A stretch of 64,000 bases of DNA from an uncultured Parachlamydiaceae bacterium. GTDB lineage: Bacteria > Chlamydiota > Chlamydiia > Chlamydiales > Parachlamydiaceae. A program made the translations under genes and the position numbers. Shown here piece by piece: positions 21,256 through 31,434 of this stretch. The notes beneath the pieces are model-generated. The model saw only the letters and a list, made by a program, of their open reading frames with translations, was not told where the DNA came from and made no database searches. Where the stretch lies: positions 32,001 to 96,000 of the forward strand of contig CAVVXH010000001.1 of assembly GCA_963752155.1 (NCBI GenBank), in the 5' to 3' direction. How positions within the stretch are numbered: position 1 is the stretch's first letter; each line of letters begins with the position of its first letter.

Positions 21256-22038
21256 TTATATGAGCACATCTCCCAATAATTGTAATGCAGATTTCGTTCC
21301 TATTTGAAGTTTGCTTTGGCGACCTTTCATGGTGCTTAAAAATAATTTATTTATTTCTTTAGAAATTTCTGATGGAAGAATTGAAAAATAGGAATCTTTA
21401 TTCTGTTTAGCCAAGGATAATAAATGTGTGACATCCCAGATTTTTTTGGCTTTATAGATATTTTCTTGAATGAAGGATTCGCCACAAATTTTAGTTTCAC
21501 GGTAACGTTGTCTTCCAAAAGCTCTAGCGTTATATTGCATCAGCAAATTTATTAGAAGCACATTCTCTTCATTTGTAGCAGCTCGGTGCAGAGGATTTAA
21601 ATATTTTTGACTGGGAATATCAAAAAGGTAAATGTTTGGATTCGCTCCTAGTTCAAGCAATTTTTTTGCTCCTTTATAGAGTTGTTCCATATCAAGCACA
21701 AGATCTTTTTTGGTTGTTTCGTTACATAAAATATGTAAGGGTGTTAAATGATATAAATCAGAAGTATTTAGAATTTTAGTTCCAATTTTTTTTACTAATT
21801 TTTCAAGCAGTGGGGTATTGCCCATTTTTGCAGCGATTGTTACAGCAGCAACTGAGTCGATACATTCGAGATCAAATGCATGGATACTATTATCAGAACA
21901 ATATTTTTCAAATTTTTCAAAATTGGTCGTGGATGTAATTATTTGGTTGTTTTTGAATAACTTACTCGAAGAATAATAATCTTGAATTATATTAAGTTCG
22001 AAGTTTGAAGAGTCATACATCATTTTAGAATTTTGCAT
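21256..22038 (-). CDS. Ankyrin-repeat protein, candidate effector
   Basis: AAKMGN, LTPLHILC, LLELGANPN, NPLHRAA. Confidence 0.75.
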   Translation of the reverse strand: MQNSKMMYDSSNFELNIIQDYYSSSKLFKNNQIITSTTNFEKFEKYCSDNSIHAFDLECIDSVAAVTIAAKMGNTPLLEKLVKKIGTKILNTSDLYHLTPLHILCNETTKKDLVLDMEQLYKGAKKLLELGANPNIYLFDIPSQKYLNPLHRAATNEENVLLINLLMQYNARAFGRQRYRETKICGESFIQENIYKAKKIWDVTHLLSLAKQNKDSYFSILPSEISKEINKLFLSTMKGRQSKLQIGTKSALQLLGDVLI

Positions 22039-22195
22039 ATTTTTTCCTTTGGGTAATGCTAATATATGTTAGATTAGCATCTTATCGATTGTTAGTCAAT
22101 AAGTAAATGTTGTAAATGTTGGAAATGTTATGCTTGTTTATGTGAAAGATGGGGAGCTGAGTTAAAGGATAACGAGGATAACGAGGACAACAACA

Positions 22196-23139
22196 AGGCA
22201 AGGCAATTATTGTCATGTGATACTCTTTATTTTAACCTATCACTTATTACCTTGCCTTGTCGTCCTCACGATAAGAACGATAAGAACGATAAGAACGATA
22301 GGAACGATAGGAACGATAAGAACGATAGGAACGATAGGAACGATAAGAACGATAGGAACGATAAGAACGATAGGAACGATAGGAACGATAAGAACGATAA
22401 GAACGATAAGAACGATAGGAACGATAGGAACGATAAGAACGATAAGAACGATAAGAACGATAAGAACGATAGGAACGATAAGAACGATAAGAACGATAAG
22501 AACGATAGGAACGATAGGAACGATAAGAACGATAGGAACGATAATTGAATGAAGGTGGAGACATCATTGAACACTATAATGATGAACTCTCATCCAATCC
22601 GAAGAAGCGTTTCCTGAAGAGAGACTCTCCCGAAGGGAGGGCTACTTTGGAGAAAGCGATAACTTGAGGCACCCCTCAAGATATCCTTTCCCCTTTGGGG
22701 GGCCCTTCGGGAGAGAGAGTCTCTCTCCTTCGGGAAACGCTTCTTCGGGATTGGATGCAAACAATTTATTATAAATGATAGTTTACACAGTTTAATTTAA
22801 ACTTCCCTTCCTATCGTTTTTATCGTTTTTATCGTTTTTATCGTTCATATCCTTTTTATCGTTTTTATCGTTTTTATCGTTTTTATTGTTTTTATCATTC
22901 TTATCATTCTTATCGTTCTTATCGTTCTTATCGTTTTTATCGTTTTTATCATTCTTACCATTTTTATCATTCTTACCATTCTTACCATTCTTACCATTCT
23001 TACCATTCTTACCATTCTTATCATTCTTATCGTTGTATCGTGAGGACGGCAAGGACAACAAGGGCGAGAGGCAAGGCAATCATTGATATGTATTAGTCTT
23101 TATTTTAACCTATCACTTATTGCCTTGCATTTTCGTCCT
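22196..23139. repeat. Giant fold-back element 1: DR - (AACGATAAG/AGG)x~31 - structured core - inverted array x~26 - DR
   Basis: Forward array 22268-22544, core 22545-22808 with hairpin 22590-22758, reverse array ~22809-23040, 71-bp direct repeats 22196-22266 and 23069-23139. Confidence 0.95.
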
Positions 23140-23154
23140 TGCCGTCCTTTCTTT

Positions 23155-24945
23155 TTAATCAGTCTTCTTTCTATTGTCCTTCAACTCCCCGAGTAATAAT
23201 TTTGCCACATTAACCGATGGAAAGGTAAAATCAGAAGCATCATAGTGTATTAGCCTATTCAAGATCTCTCTTCTTTCTGCATCGGTCGTATTGGGCTCGA
23301 TCGAAATATCATCTGAAATGTTTATCTCTCCTTTCCAGAATCTAACATCGTTATCCATACTCCAGGGAAAAGTAATTGTCGCTAATTTATTTTCACCTAT
23401 TGTTCTTCCATTTACCAATCCATTTACGATCGGATAAATGCCATATGTATTTTTTATAGTCACTCTAAAGAACTCTAAAGATTTAATATAAATATTGCAT
23501 TCCATTAGGGAACCATTATTTGCTTTTCGCTTTAGAGGCAATCCTATAAGTTGATCCACCGCATTTTCACTAAATAAATGTGTGTAAAGAGTTTGGATGA
23601 AAAAATTGGCAACCCTCCATGAAGCATTTGAAGCAAATTTCAATACTTTGAAGCAGGAAACTTCTTTTTCATGTTCTATGACTAGACTTTCTTCTCCATT
23701 ATATAGGGTTTCAAGATGCTTGTTTTCAGATGCAATCTCTTTTTCAATATCTATGGCATGAACTTTAGACTTTTTGCTATAAGGATGATTGGCATCTGTT
23801 TTTTTAATATCAATTTCTAAGTTTATCTTTTTTATTTGAGTGCTAATTAATTGGCATAATCTTTTAAAAAAAGATAAATTACTTTCGTCATTGCCTTCCT
23901 CTTCAGCTAGATCGAAAATTTTTATCCTATTTACAAAAATTTTACTGAATAAAGTACGCATTTCATTTACCAACTCCTGAGTTGTTAGCTTTTCAAATGG
24001 ATGGGTACTTGTTTTTTCTTGCTTCCATTTGTGGATGATGTTTGAAATAGTTAAGACTTCCATGTTATTCCAACTTAATTCATGTACATTTTTTTTAAGA
24101 ACTTCAAATAAAGTTGTATCAGGATTGTTCCATAGAGTAAGTATAGTGTACACCTCTTTGGAAATTTTGGGATTGTCACCAAATCCTAGAGAAATAATTT
24201 TTTTGATGCTTGAATTTTTTTTTACTTTTTCTATTACTGTTAGGAAATTGGATAAATTTTTTCCATAATAGATACCTTTAGTTTCTAAGTCGAACTGATC
24301 AGCGGTCGTCAAGTCTCTAAGAAAATCATAAAGTGTTTCAGTAAATGTTGTTTTTAAATTATTACTTCTTAAAACGTTTGCTAAGTTATTATATATAACA
24401 TTTAATCTTTTGATTATTCTAGAAACAAGAAGCCCGCTATTTTGAATGATGCTTAGAAGTTGTTTGGTTCGAGTTAATTCAGTAATGCACAATTCAGCTG
24501 CAGATAATTTCATGTCTAACTCTCGATTAAATAATGTTTCAATTTCAATTTGACAAGCCTCATGTATATCTTGTTTTATTATCTCAGGGGAGATGTTTGG
24601 TTTTTCAGCTTGCTTCCAAATGAGTTTAAAATTTTTTTTAATTTTTTTGTCAAATTTTTTTGCATTTTTTGGAGAGGAGATCATTAATGAAGAAATATTT
24701 TGTTTCTGTTCAGATTCTTTACTTAATATAAACTCTTTCGCTATATAATCTCTTTTAGAATTAAGCCTCGGACTAAGGTGTGTAAGTTGTGTGGGTGTTT
24801 CGGGATGTATTTTTAAAGAGGGGGATATTTTCACTGATTTTTCTTGCCAAGCAATTAATCGTTTAGTCTGAAGAGTATCAGGAATTAATTCTATATCATA
24901 AAGATTCATTTTTTGACTTTGATCTAGCTCAATATAATTGATCAT
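23155..24945 (-). CDS. Hypothetical protein (AT-rich, effector-like)
   Basis: 596 aa ORF with GGAGG RBS; no recognisable motif. Confidence 0.7.
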   Translation of the reverse strand: MINYIELDQSQKMNLYDIELIPDTLQTKRLIAWQEKSVKISPSLKIHPETPTQLTHLSPRLNSKRDYIAKEFILSKESEQKQNISSLMISSPKNAKKFDKKIKKNFKLIWKQAEKPNISPEIIKQDIHEACQIEIETLFNRELDMKLSAAELCITELTRTKQLLSIIQNSGLLVSRIIKRLNVIYNNLANVLRSNNLKTTFTETLYDFLRDLTTADQFDLETKGIYYGKNLSNFLTVIEKVKKNSSIKKIISLGFGDNPKISKEVYTILTLWNNPDTTLFEVLKKNVHELSWNNMEVLTISNIIHKWKQEKTSTHPFEKLTTQELVNEMRTLFSKIFVNRIKIFDLAEEEGNDESNLSFFKRLCQLISTQIKKINLEIDIKKTDANHPYSKKSKVHAIDIEKEIASENKHLETLYNGEESLVIEHEKEVSCFKVLKFASNASWRVANFFIQTLYTHLFSENAVDQLIGLPLKRKANNGSLMECNIYIKSLEFFRVTIKNTYGIYPIVNGLVNGRTIGENKLATITFPWSMDNDVRFWKGEINISDDISIEPNTTDAERREILNRLIHYDASDFTFPSVNVAKLLLGELKDNRKKTD

Positions 24946-25048
24946 TACATCCTCCTACAAAAGATTTTATTTATTGGATCATGACATCATAGTAATTGTT
25001 TTTTTCATTAAGCGAAAAAGTCGATAGAAATGAATAGGTGAATTCCTA

Positions 25049-26503
25049 TTATTTAAAACAACTAAAGTCTATGAAGCCTTGCTTTACATCGACATTGGTT
25101 AATTTAACGGTGATTTTATCCCCTACATCCAATCCTGAAGGGCCCTTAATGAGCTTTCCTTCAACGGGAGGATTTTGCAGGCGTACCCAAGTGCCTTTGG
25201 GCGAAACACCGGTAATAATTGCTTTGAAATTTTTGCCAATTTGATGAGTGAGTAGCATTGCGGCTGCAGATTTCTTTGTTCGACGTTCGATTTTTGCAAT
25301 CACGTCTTCACATTCTGTACATTTTTGTGCAAGAGTCTCCAGCTCTTCTAAGGTATAGGGTAAGGGGCTTCCTATTAAAGTTGCTTTGATAAGGCGTTGA
25401 GTTATTAAATCAGGATAACGCCGATTGGGGGCTGTGGAATGGGTATAATCGCGCAGGGCCAAACCAAAGTGACCGATTGGAGTTTCTCCCGGTTTTTCCA
25501 CAACGTATTCTCCTGAACCAAGAAGCTTAATGATCGATAAAGATAGATCTGGAAATGTTTCAGGATCTATTCGCTTTCTGTTTTCTAAAAAAATGTCTAG
25601 GGCAGTTGAATCCGGTGAGTTTGGCAAAGTTTCTCCTAAAGATCGAGCAAGCTCAACAATTCGTTCCCAACGTTCAGGAACCCTAACGACACGTCTTAGG
25701 CCAGGAATTTTATGTTTTATAGCAAATTTGGCTGAAGTTGTATTGGCCGTAATCATAAAATATTCGATGATTTCATGTGCTCGATTTTTTTTCACAGGAA
25801 TAATAGAATCGATATGGTCATTTTTAAATATAGCTTTTGTTTCAAGGGTATCAAAAGAAAGTGCTCCCAGAGCTTGGCGTTGTTTTTTTAAGGCCTGAGC
25901 TAACACATCTTGCAGCTGTAAAGCTTCAGGTAATCCAGGAATTTGATTAATTATAGATGGTATTGGTCGGTCTCCTTCTAACCAGGCTCCCACAGAGCTG
26001 TATGCTAGTTTAGCATAGTTATAAACATAGGCCCTATAGATATCTGATCCGATAATTTCACTAGCATTATTAAGATTAATTTCAAAAACTACAGAGAGGC
26101 GCCCTTGGTCTTGATTTAGTGAGGTTAAGTTGGTAGAAAGTTTTTCAGGTAACATTGGAAAAACTCTGCAGGGAGTGTAGACCGAAGTAGTATTAATTTG
26201 AGCATGGAGGTCTATGGGAGACCCTTTTTGAACTAAAGCATCTACATCAGCTATTGCAACATAAAGAGTATACCCATTTGGATTTTTCTGAACAGCTGTT
26301 AGTTGGTCTAAATCTTCAGAATCATCATTGTCAATGGAACACCAAAGTAGCTTTCGCAAATCGCGCATAGTTTCCGGTTCAAATTCAGCTGGGTTGTGAA
26401 TGGTATCTAATTGCTGTAAGACTCGTGGTGGAAAATCAGAGGAGAGACCTTTTTCAAGCATAGCGCTTTGTGCAATTTCGTACAGGAGCTGGCAGTCATT
26501 CAT
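25049..26503 (-). CDS. RNB-domain exoribonuclease (RNase II/R family)
   Basis: SIDNDDSEDLDQ, AIADV, HFGLA..YTHSTAPNRRYPDL, C-terminal S1-like. Confidence 0.9.
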   Translation of the reverse strand: MNDCQLLYEIAQSAMLEKGLSSDFPPRVLQQLDTIHNPAEFEPETMRDLRKLLWCSIDNDDSEDLDQLTAVQKNPNGYTLYVAIADVDALVQKGSPIDLHAQINTTSVYTPCRVFPMLPEKLSTNLTSLNQDQGRLSVVFEINLNNASEIIGSDIYRAYVYNYAKLAYSSVGAWLEGDRPIPSIINQIPGLPEALQLQDVLAQALKKQRQALGALSFDTLETKAIFKNDHIDSIIPVKKNRAHEIIEYFMITANTTSAKFAIKHKIPGLRRVVRVPERWERIVELARSLGETLPNSPDSTALDIFLENRKRIDPETFPDLSLSIIKLLGSGEYVVEKPGETPIGHFGLALRDYTHSTAPNRRYPDLITQRLIKATLIGSPLPYTLEELETLAQKCTECEDVIAKIERRTKKSAAAMLLTHQIGKNFKAIITGVSPKGTWVRLQNPPVEGKLIKGPSGLDVGDKITVKLTNVDVKQGFIDFSCFK

Positions 26504-26766
26504 AGGAGTTTTCCTTTTTACAACTGGTCTATTACCATCAATAATTTAAGTCTTTATATTTGAGAAATAAGGTATATTGAAATAAATTTCAATACAATTA
26601 AAATTATTGCCTATTTTGCAGAGCAGGCTTCATAAGCTCTTAGGATAAGAACTCCCGTAAAATTTTTCTCTTCAACTTGCATCCAATGTAATTTTCCGTT
26701 AAATTGTAATATTGTTATAGCGAGTAAAACCTAAAAATTATATAAAGCGTAATAGTAGGTCAACAT

Positions 26767-28650
26767 ATGGAAACAATCAATTTTTTCGCTCCTATCTACT
26801 TTGTAGAAGATGGAGAATTGGAATCATATGAGTGCGCGGCCTTAGAGCCTAAGTCACTCACGATACCTCAGAGGCTTATTAATCTTGCAGAATATTTTTT
26901 TGCATATGATAAGGCTTATGCGGTAAAGTCAACTCAATCATTGAGTAATCCGTGGATCGTATCGAGATTCAAAAAAGCCGATGAATCGATTTCAAGCGGG
27001 CTTTTGCGTATTATAATTACGATAGGATTAGTTACGACTTGTTATTTCTTTCATTCTGTGCTTATCTTGCCTGCAGTATTGGGATGTATCAAATTATATA
27101 ATTATTTGAGCCATCCTCCCCATGAGGAAAAAAGCGCATCGGAATCAGATTCGGTTATTGGCACTTCTTCCGATGAATCAGATCGTTCTGATGAAGAGAT
27201 AGCGGAACTAAATTTTATAAATGAACTTAAGCTCCTACGAAAAAATGGGGTAAAATATAGGGAATTTAGCACCGAGATTCATAAAATCAATAAAAGCAAC
27301 AATAGAAAAAAAGCAGAAGCTCTTTATCAAACATTTTCTTTCTTTCAAAGCTATTGCAGGGATATCCTTAAAACTCCTCGATGCGCTGACTTTAAAGTGA
27401 TCATAAGAAATGCAATTATTTCCTTAACAGAGTTGAAATCAGCTATAAGTATAAGAATCAAAGGGATTCCGAATATTGGAATGAGCTGCTACATGAATGC
27501 AGCATTGCAAGCCCTCATGGGTATTCCCGGTTTGGTTGACAGGATTATGGCTCTAGATTTCAATAAAGTCCCAGCAGAAAAGAAGATGATCCTGGAGGCT
27601 TTAAGGGCCTTCCTGGAGGCTTATAATAATCCTAAGATAGAACCTGAGAATTTGACTTCTTGCGCCGAAACGTTGCGAGAAGCGTTTTATGATGCTGGAG
27701 ATCTTGATCATTCAAGTACAAAAAATGAAATAGAAAAAATTATTGGGGAAGTGAAGGCCACGAACCAAGGATTGGATTGTTTAGAAGAGCTTCTTTTGAA
27801 TTTAAAGAGTGTAAAAACAGAAGAAATAGGACAACAAAATGATGCTATTCGCATTATTCACAGCATTCTTGAGCTTTTGGGGGATGGTATTCCCACGGTT
27901 GAACTGAAAATTCCAATAGAAAATGATCTGGAAAGTAAAAGAAATGTTACGAATACTCCCCAAAGTCCTCGCCCAACGTATCTTTTACTCCCGATGGAGA
28001 GAATGATTGCCCAAAATAAACTTTCATTGAGAGAGTTAATAGCAGATTATTTTAGAGTTCATGAGGAGGGAAGCGAGGAAAATCAGTTGTTGACCAAGAA
28101 TCTTATGGGAGAGCCAGAATACTCATCTGCTTGGAAAGAACAAATATTGATTGCAGGATCTCCTCCTGAAAACATAACGTTTCAGCTAACTCGATTGGCC
28201 TCTGTTCGAAAGAATGACGAATGGGTTGAAGAACATACAGCTGTGGCTGTAGAGTTGGAACCAAATGAAGTTTTTGACTTAACAGATTATTTTGAGGAAA
28301 AAATGATTGAGCCTGTTCTTTACCGAGTCAGCTCTGTGGTTAGGCATGATGCTTACGTGGTTAAAGACAAAATGGGTGGTCATTATACTTCCATTAAAAG
28401 AGATCCTCAACGACCCAATCATTGGAATTATTGCAATGATAGCAAAACTGAGCAGATTCATGAGACAGCCTTAAGAGAAGAATTAAGTCATGGATATATT
28501 TATTTTCTTGAAAGATTTAAACCTATAAAAGAAGTGGAAGACGTTTTAATAGAAGAAGCAACATCGTTAGAAGAACCCCATGAAATAGAGGTGAAAGAAA
28601 TTAATGAAAATGTAACCGCAGATTCAATAAAATCTGAAAAAATTATTTAA
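26767..28650 (+). CDS. USP/peptidase C19-type deubiquitinase with N-terminal hydrophobic segment
   Basis: Cys box GIPNIGMSCYMNAALQAL; QQNDA; His box VVRH..GGHYTS..WNYCNDS. Confidence 0.85.
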   Translation: METINFFAPIYFVEDGELESYECAALEPKSLTIPQRLINLAEYFFAYDKAYAVKSTQSLSNPWIVSRFKKADESISSGLLRIIITIGLVTTCYFFHSVLILPAVLGCIKLYNYLSHPPHEEKSASESDSVIGTSSDESDRSDEEIAELNFINELKLLRKNGVKYREFSTEIHKINKSNNRKKAEALYQTFSFFQSYCRDILKTPRCADFKVIIRNAIISLTELKSAISIRIKGIPNIGMSCYMNAALQALMGIPGLVDRIMALDFNKVPAEKKMILEALRAFLEAYNNPKIEPENLTSCAETLREAFYDAGDLDHSSTKNEIEKIIGEVKATNQGLDCLEELLLNLKSVKTEEIGQQNDAIRIIHSILELLGDGIPTVELKIPIENDLESKRNVTNTPQSPRPTYLLLPMERMIAQNKLSLRELIADYFRVHEEGSEENQLLTKNLMGEPEYSSAWKEQILIAGSPPENITFQLTRLASVRKNDEWVEEHTAVAVELEPNEVFDLTDYFEEKMIEPVLYRVSSVVRHDAYVVKDKMGGHYTSIKRDPQRPNHWNYCNDSKTEQIHETALREELSHGYIYFLERFKPIKEVEDVLIEEATSLEEPHEIEVKEINENVTADSIKSEKII

Positions 28651-28745
28651 CTAAATATAAAATAATTAGTTGTTTGATATAACAATTTACAAATAAAATA
28701 CGATTACTATATAATACGAGTAGATAAATCAACAAGGGAAAGATT

Positions 28746-29099
28746 ATGGATGATATCTTTACAACTAGCATACGAGCAAAAATAAAAGACTGTCCAAATG
28801 GAATGGTTCTTATTGATTGTAAAACAGGTAGATTTCAAGTAATAAAAAAAACTGAGCTATTAGCCTACCTTCCTGAGATTTTAAGAGGTAAGTGGTTGGG
28901 TATGAATATTAATAACAAAGAACTTCCTCAATTAATCGCTAATCATAAGGTTAATTCACAGATAGAACGAGATATTTTAGATGATAATATCGATATGTTA
29001 AAGGAAAGAGGAGTCCTGACTAGGGAGACCTCAAATGAAAAGTTGCGCGAAATAGCCATAAAAGCAATGGATTGGTTTGATCATAATCATAATGCTTGA
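28746..29099 (+). CDS. Hypothetical protein
   Basis: 117 aa ORF with AGGGAA RBS. Confidence 0.55.
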   Translation: MDDIFTTSIRAKIKDCPNGMVLIDCKTGRFQVIKKTELLAYLPEILRGKWLGMNINNKELPQLIANHKVNSQIERDILDDNIDMLKERGVLTRETSNEKLREIAIKAMDWFDHNHNA

Positions 29100-31168
29100 A
29101 TGGCCACTTGCATTTCTTTCAGATTTGTAAGCGGCTTTTGGCAGTGCCCTTGATGGCAAACATACAAAGTTGTTTGTCCATTTAAAGGGCATTGCTTTTT
29201 TAATTCCGGAATTAATTCAAAAAGAGACATGTCATCCTCTTCGCGCCAGAGGATCGTTCGATGTGGAATAAAGTGAGTATGTAAGAGTTCTGCAATTTGT
29301 TCCTTAAAAGAAGAACTTCGGTTGAGTGCAATCACAAGTGTGGCGCGATTAAGAAATTGGTAGCGATTGAGGTTCATTAATTGATAGAGATGTCCGATTG
29401 GATAATTTCGGATGTCATGACCTGAGATCTTTAAAATTTCCTCAGCTTGATGTAAGTATTGTTTTTCTCCAGTTAGATCATAAATTCTCAAAAGATTTTC
29501 ACAATGCAAACTATTGCTTGAGGGCTCTGCTCCATCAGAAAATTGACATTTTCTTAATATAATGTTTTTTTCATCAATGCTCGTTTGAAAATATCCTCCC
29601 TGAGGAGCTTTGAACAGTGCATCGACAGTTTTACAAAGCTCTAGAGCCCATACCAACCAGTCAGTTCCCGCATGAGCTTCAAACAGCGAGATGAGTCCCT
29701 TGATGAGAGCCGCATAATCTTCAAGAACTCCATCTAAAGAAACTTGTCCATCGCACCAACTCCGTTTGAGACGTTGATTGACAAACAAGTTTTGTCTTAT
29801 AAATCTTGCGCTTTTTTTAGCGACTTCTAAATAGTTATACGAATCGTTTGCATTTGCAGCTTTGGCAAGAGCGTCAATGAGTAACCCGTTCCAAGCGGTT
29901 ATAATTTTGGTATCTTTTTGAGGGGGCACACGCAATTTTCTAACCTCCCATAGCTTCTCTCGTTGACTTTGTAGTAAATGAGAGAGTTCGTTGGGATCGA
30001 GTTTGAAATTTTTAGCAAAATCCTCGAGAGAGAGTTTTTGATGTAGGATATTCCGTCCTTCAAAATTGCCTTCTTTTTCGATTTGGTAGTATTGGCAAAA
30101 AAGAGATCCTGATTCACCGAGAATTTGCATCACTTCTTGATAAGGCCAAGTATAAAAAAATCCTTCATGTCCCTCTGAATCGGCGTCTTCGGCAGCATAA
30201 AAGCCTCCTTTCGGATACATCATCTCGCGTATTAAATAATGGAAAATTTCGTGGTAGGTTTTCTTAAAAAGAGGTTTTTTTGTAGCTTGCCATCCTTCAA
30301 AGTAAGATTTTGCAAGAATGGCATTATCGTAGAGCATTTTTTCGAAGTGAGGTAAAAACCAACGTTCATCGGTGCTATAGCGTGAAAAGCCTCCTCCTAA
30401 ATGATCATAAATTCCTCCGTTATGCATCATTTCTAGTGTGCGATCGACAATAAAAAGAGCTCGGCTATCTTTTTTAGTCGCTGAATAATTCAAGAGGAAG
30501 TTGATGTGATAGCCCATAGGAAATTTCGGCTCTCCTCTAATTCCTCCGTAGACAGGGTCTGTCATTCTGAATAAAATCTCAGCTGCTTCAGCTGTTTCTT
30601 CCTTGTAGAGAATGGATTTATTTGCTTCCTTGGCTTCTTGTAGGGTTTTTGCGTAAAGTTGCAAGATATAGTTCGATTGGCTTTCAAGATGCTCTCGTTC
30701 TTCTACGCTGTTCCAAGTTTCTTTGATTTGTTCAATTAATTCTGAAAGGCCTATTAGACCATGAGATCGACGGGGAGGAAGATATGTCGTCGCAAAAAAA
30801 GGGTGTAGATTAGGGGTCAGGATCATATTTAAAGGCCAACCTGAAGCTCCGGCAATCATCCCTTGTGCAAATTCCATATAGAGAGAATCTACTCCGGGAA
30901 GTTCTTCTCGATCTACTTTTACATTAATGAAAGCTTCATTCATGGCGGTTGCAATGTTGAGATCTTCGAAAGATTCTTTTTCCATGACATGGCACCAGTG
31001 ACATGTCGAATAACCGATTGATAAAAAAATGGGCTTTTGCTCTCTGATTGAAGCTTCAAAAGCTTCTTCACCCCAAGGATACCAGTCTACAGGATTATGA
31101 GCATGCTGTAGCAGATAGGGGGATTTTTCGTAGATCAATCTATTTGTGTACTTCGCTTTTTCTTCCAT
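29087..31168 (-). CDS. Thioredoxin-domain protein YyaL/SSP411 family
   Basis: [43 protein letters not shown]. Confidence 0.95.
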   Translation of the reverse strand: MEEKAKYTNRLIYEKSPYLLQHAHNPVDWYPWGEEAFEASIREQKPIFLSIGYSTCHWCHVMEKESFEDLNIATAMNEAFINVKVDREELPGVDSLYMEFAQGMIAGASGWPLNMILTPNLHPFFATTYLPPRRSHGLIGLSELIEQIKETWNSVEEREHLESQSNYILQLYAKTLQEAKEANKSILYKEETAEAAEILFRMTDPVYGGIRGEPKFPMGYHINFLLNYSATKKDSRALFIVDRTLEMMHNGGIYDHLGGGFSRYSTDERWFLPHFEKMLYDNAILAKSYFEGWQATKKPLFKKTYHEIFHYLIREMMYPKGGFYAAEDADSEGHEGFFYTWPYQEVMQILGESGSLFCQYYQIEKEGNFEGRNILHQKLSLEDFAKNFKLDPNELSHLLQSQREKLWEVRKLRVPPQKDTKIITAWNGLLIDALAKAANANDSYNYLEVAKKSARFIRQNLFVNQRLKRSWCDGQVSLDGVLEDYAALIKGLISLFEAHAGTDWLVWALELCKTVDALFKAPQGGYFQTSIDEKNIILRKCQFSDGAEPSSNSLHCENLLRIYDLTGEKQYLHQAEEILKISGHDIRNYPIGHLYQLMNLNRYQFLNRATLVIALNRSSSFKEQIAELLHTHFIPHRTILWREEDDMSLFELIPELKKQCPLNGQTTLYVCHQGHCQKPLTNLKEMQVAIQAL

Positions 31169-31185
31169 AATGAGCTTTCTCCATC

Positions 31186-31251
31186 TAGCAATTCCCGCTA
31201 ATTTTCGTGCCCGCGTGCGTGCCCGTGTCCGAAAATTAGCGGGAATTGCTG
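31186..31251. mobile_element. MITE family C with perfect 9-bp target-site duplication
   Basis: TAGCAATTCCCGCTAATTTTCG..CGAAAATTAGCGGGAATTGCTG flanked by TTCTCCATC at 31177-31185 and 31252-31260. Confidence 0.85.
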
Positions 31252-31434
31252 TTCTCCATCTACAATTTTATATTAATGTTTTGAACATTTTTTTCACTTG
31301 AAATTTTAATGAAAAGAGATTATGAGTCTTTAGGTAACGTTTCTCAATATTTGAAATTGACCGTTTAACAATAGGGCTCGTTCACCTTTTCTACCCGAAA
31401 GGTGAATGAGGTCTAACAATAAAGGATCGCCCAG

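Noticed and set aside
22268..22544. CRISPR array
   Set aside because: Contiguous 9-bp units with no unique spacers; no cas genes.
22210..23086. Poly-NDK/TIR/YRS/LSF ORFs over array 1
   Set aside because: The 9-mer is stop-free in five of six frames, so long ORFs are expected by chance; there is no convincing RBS or start. Translation is not excluded but unsupported.
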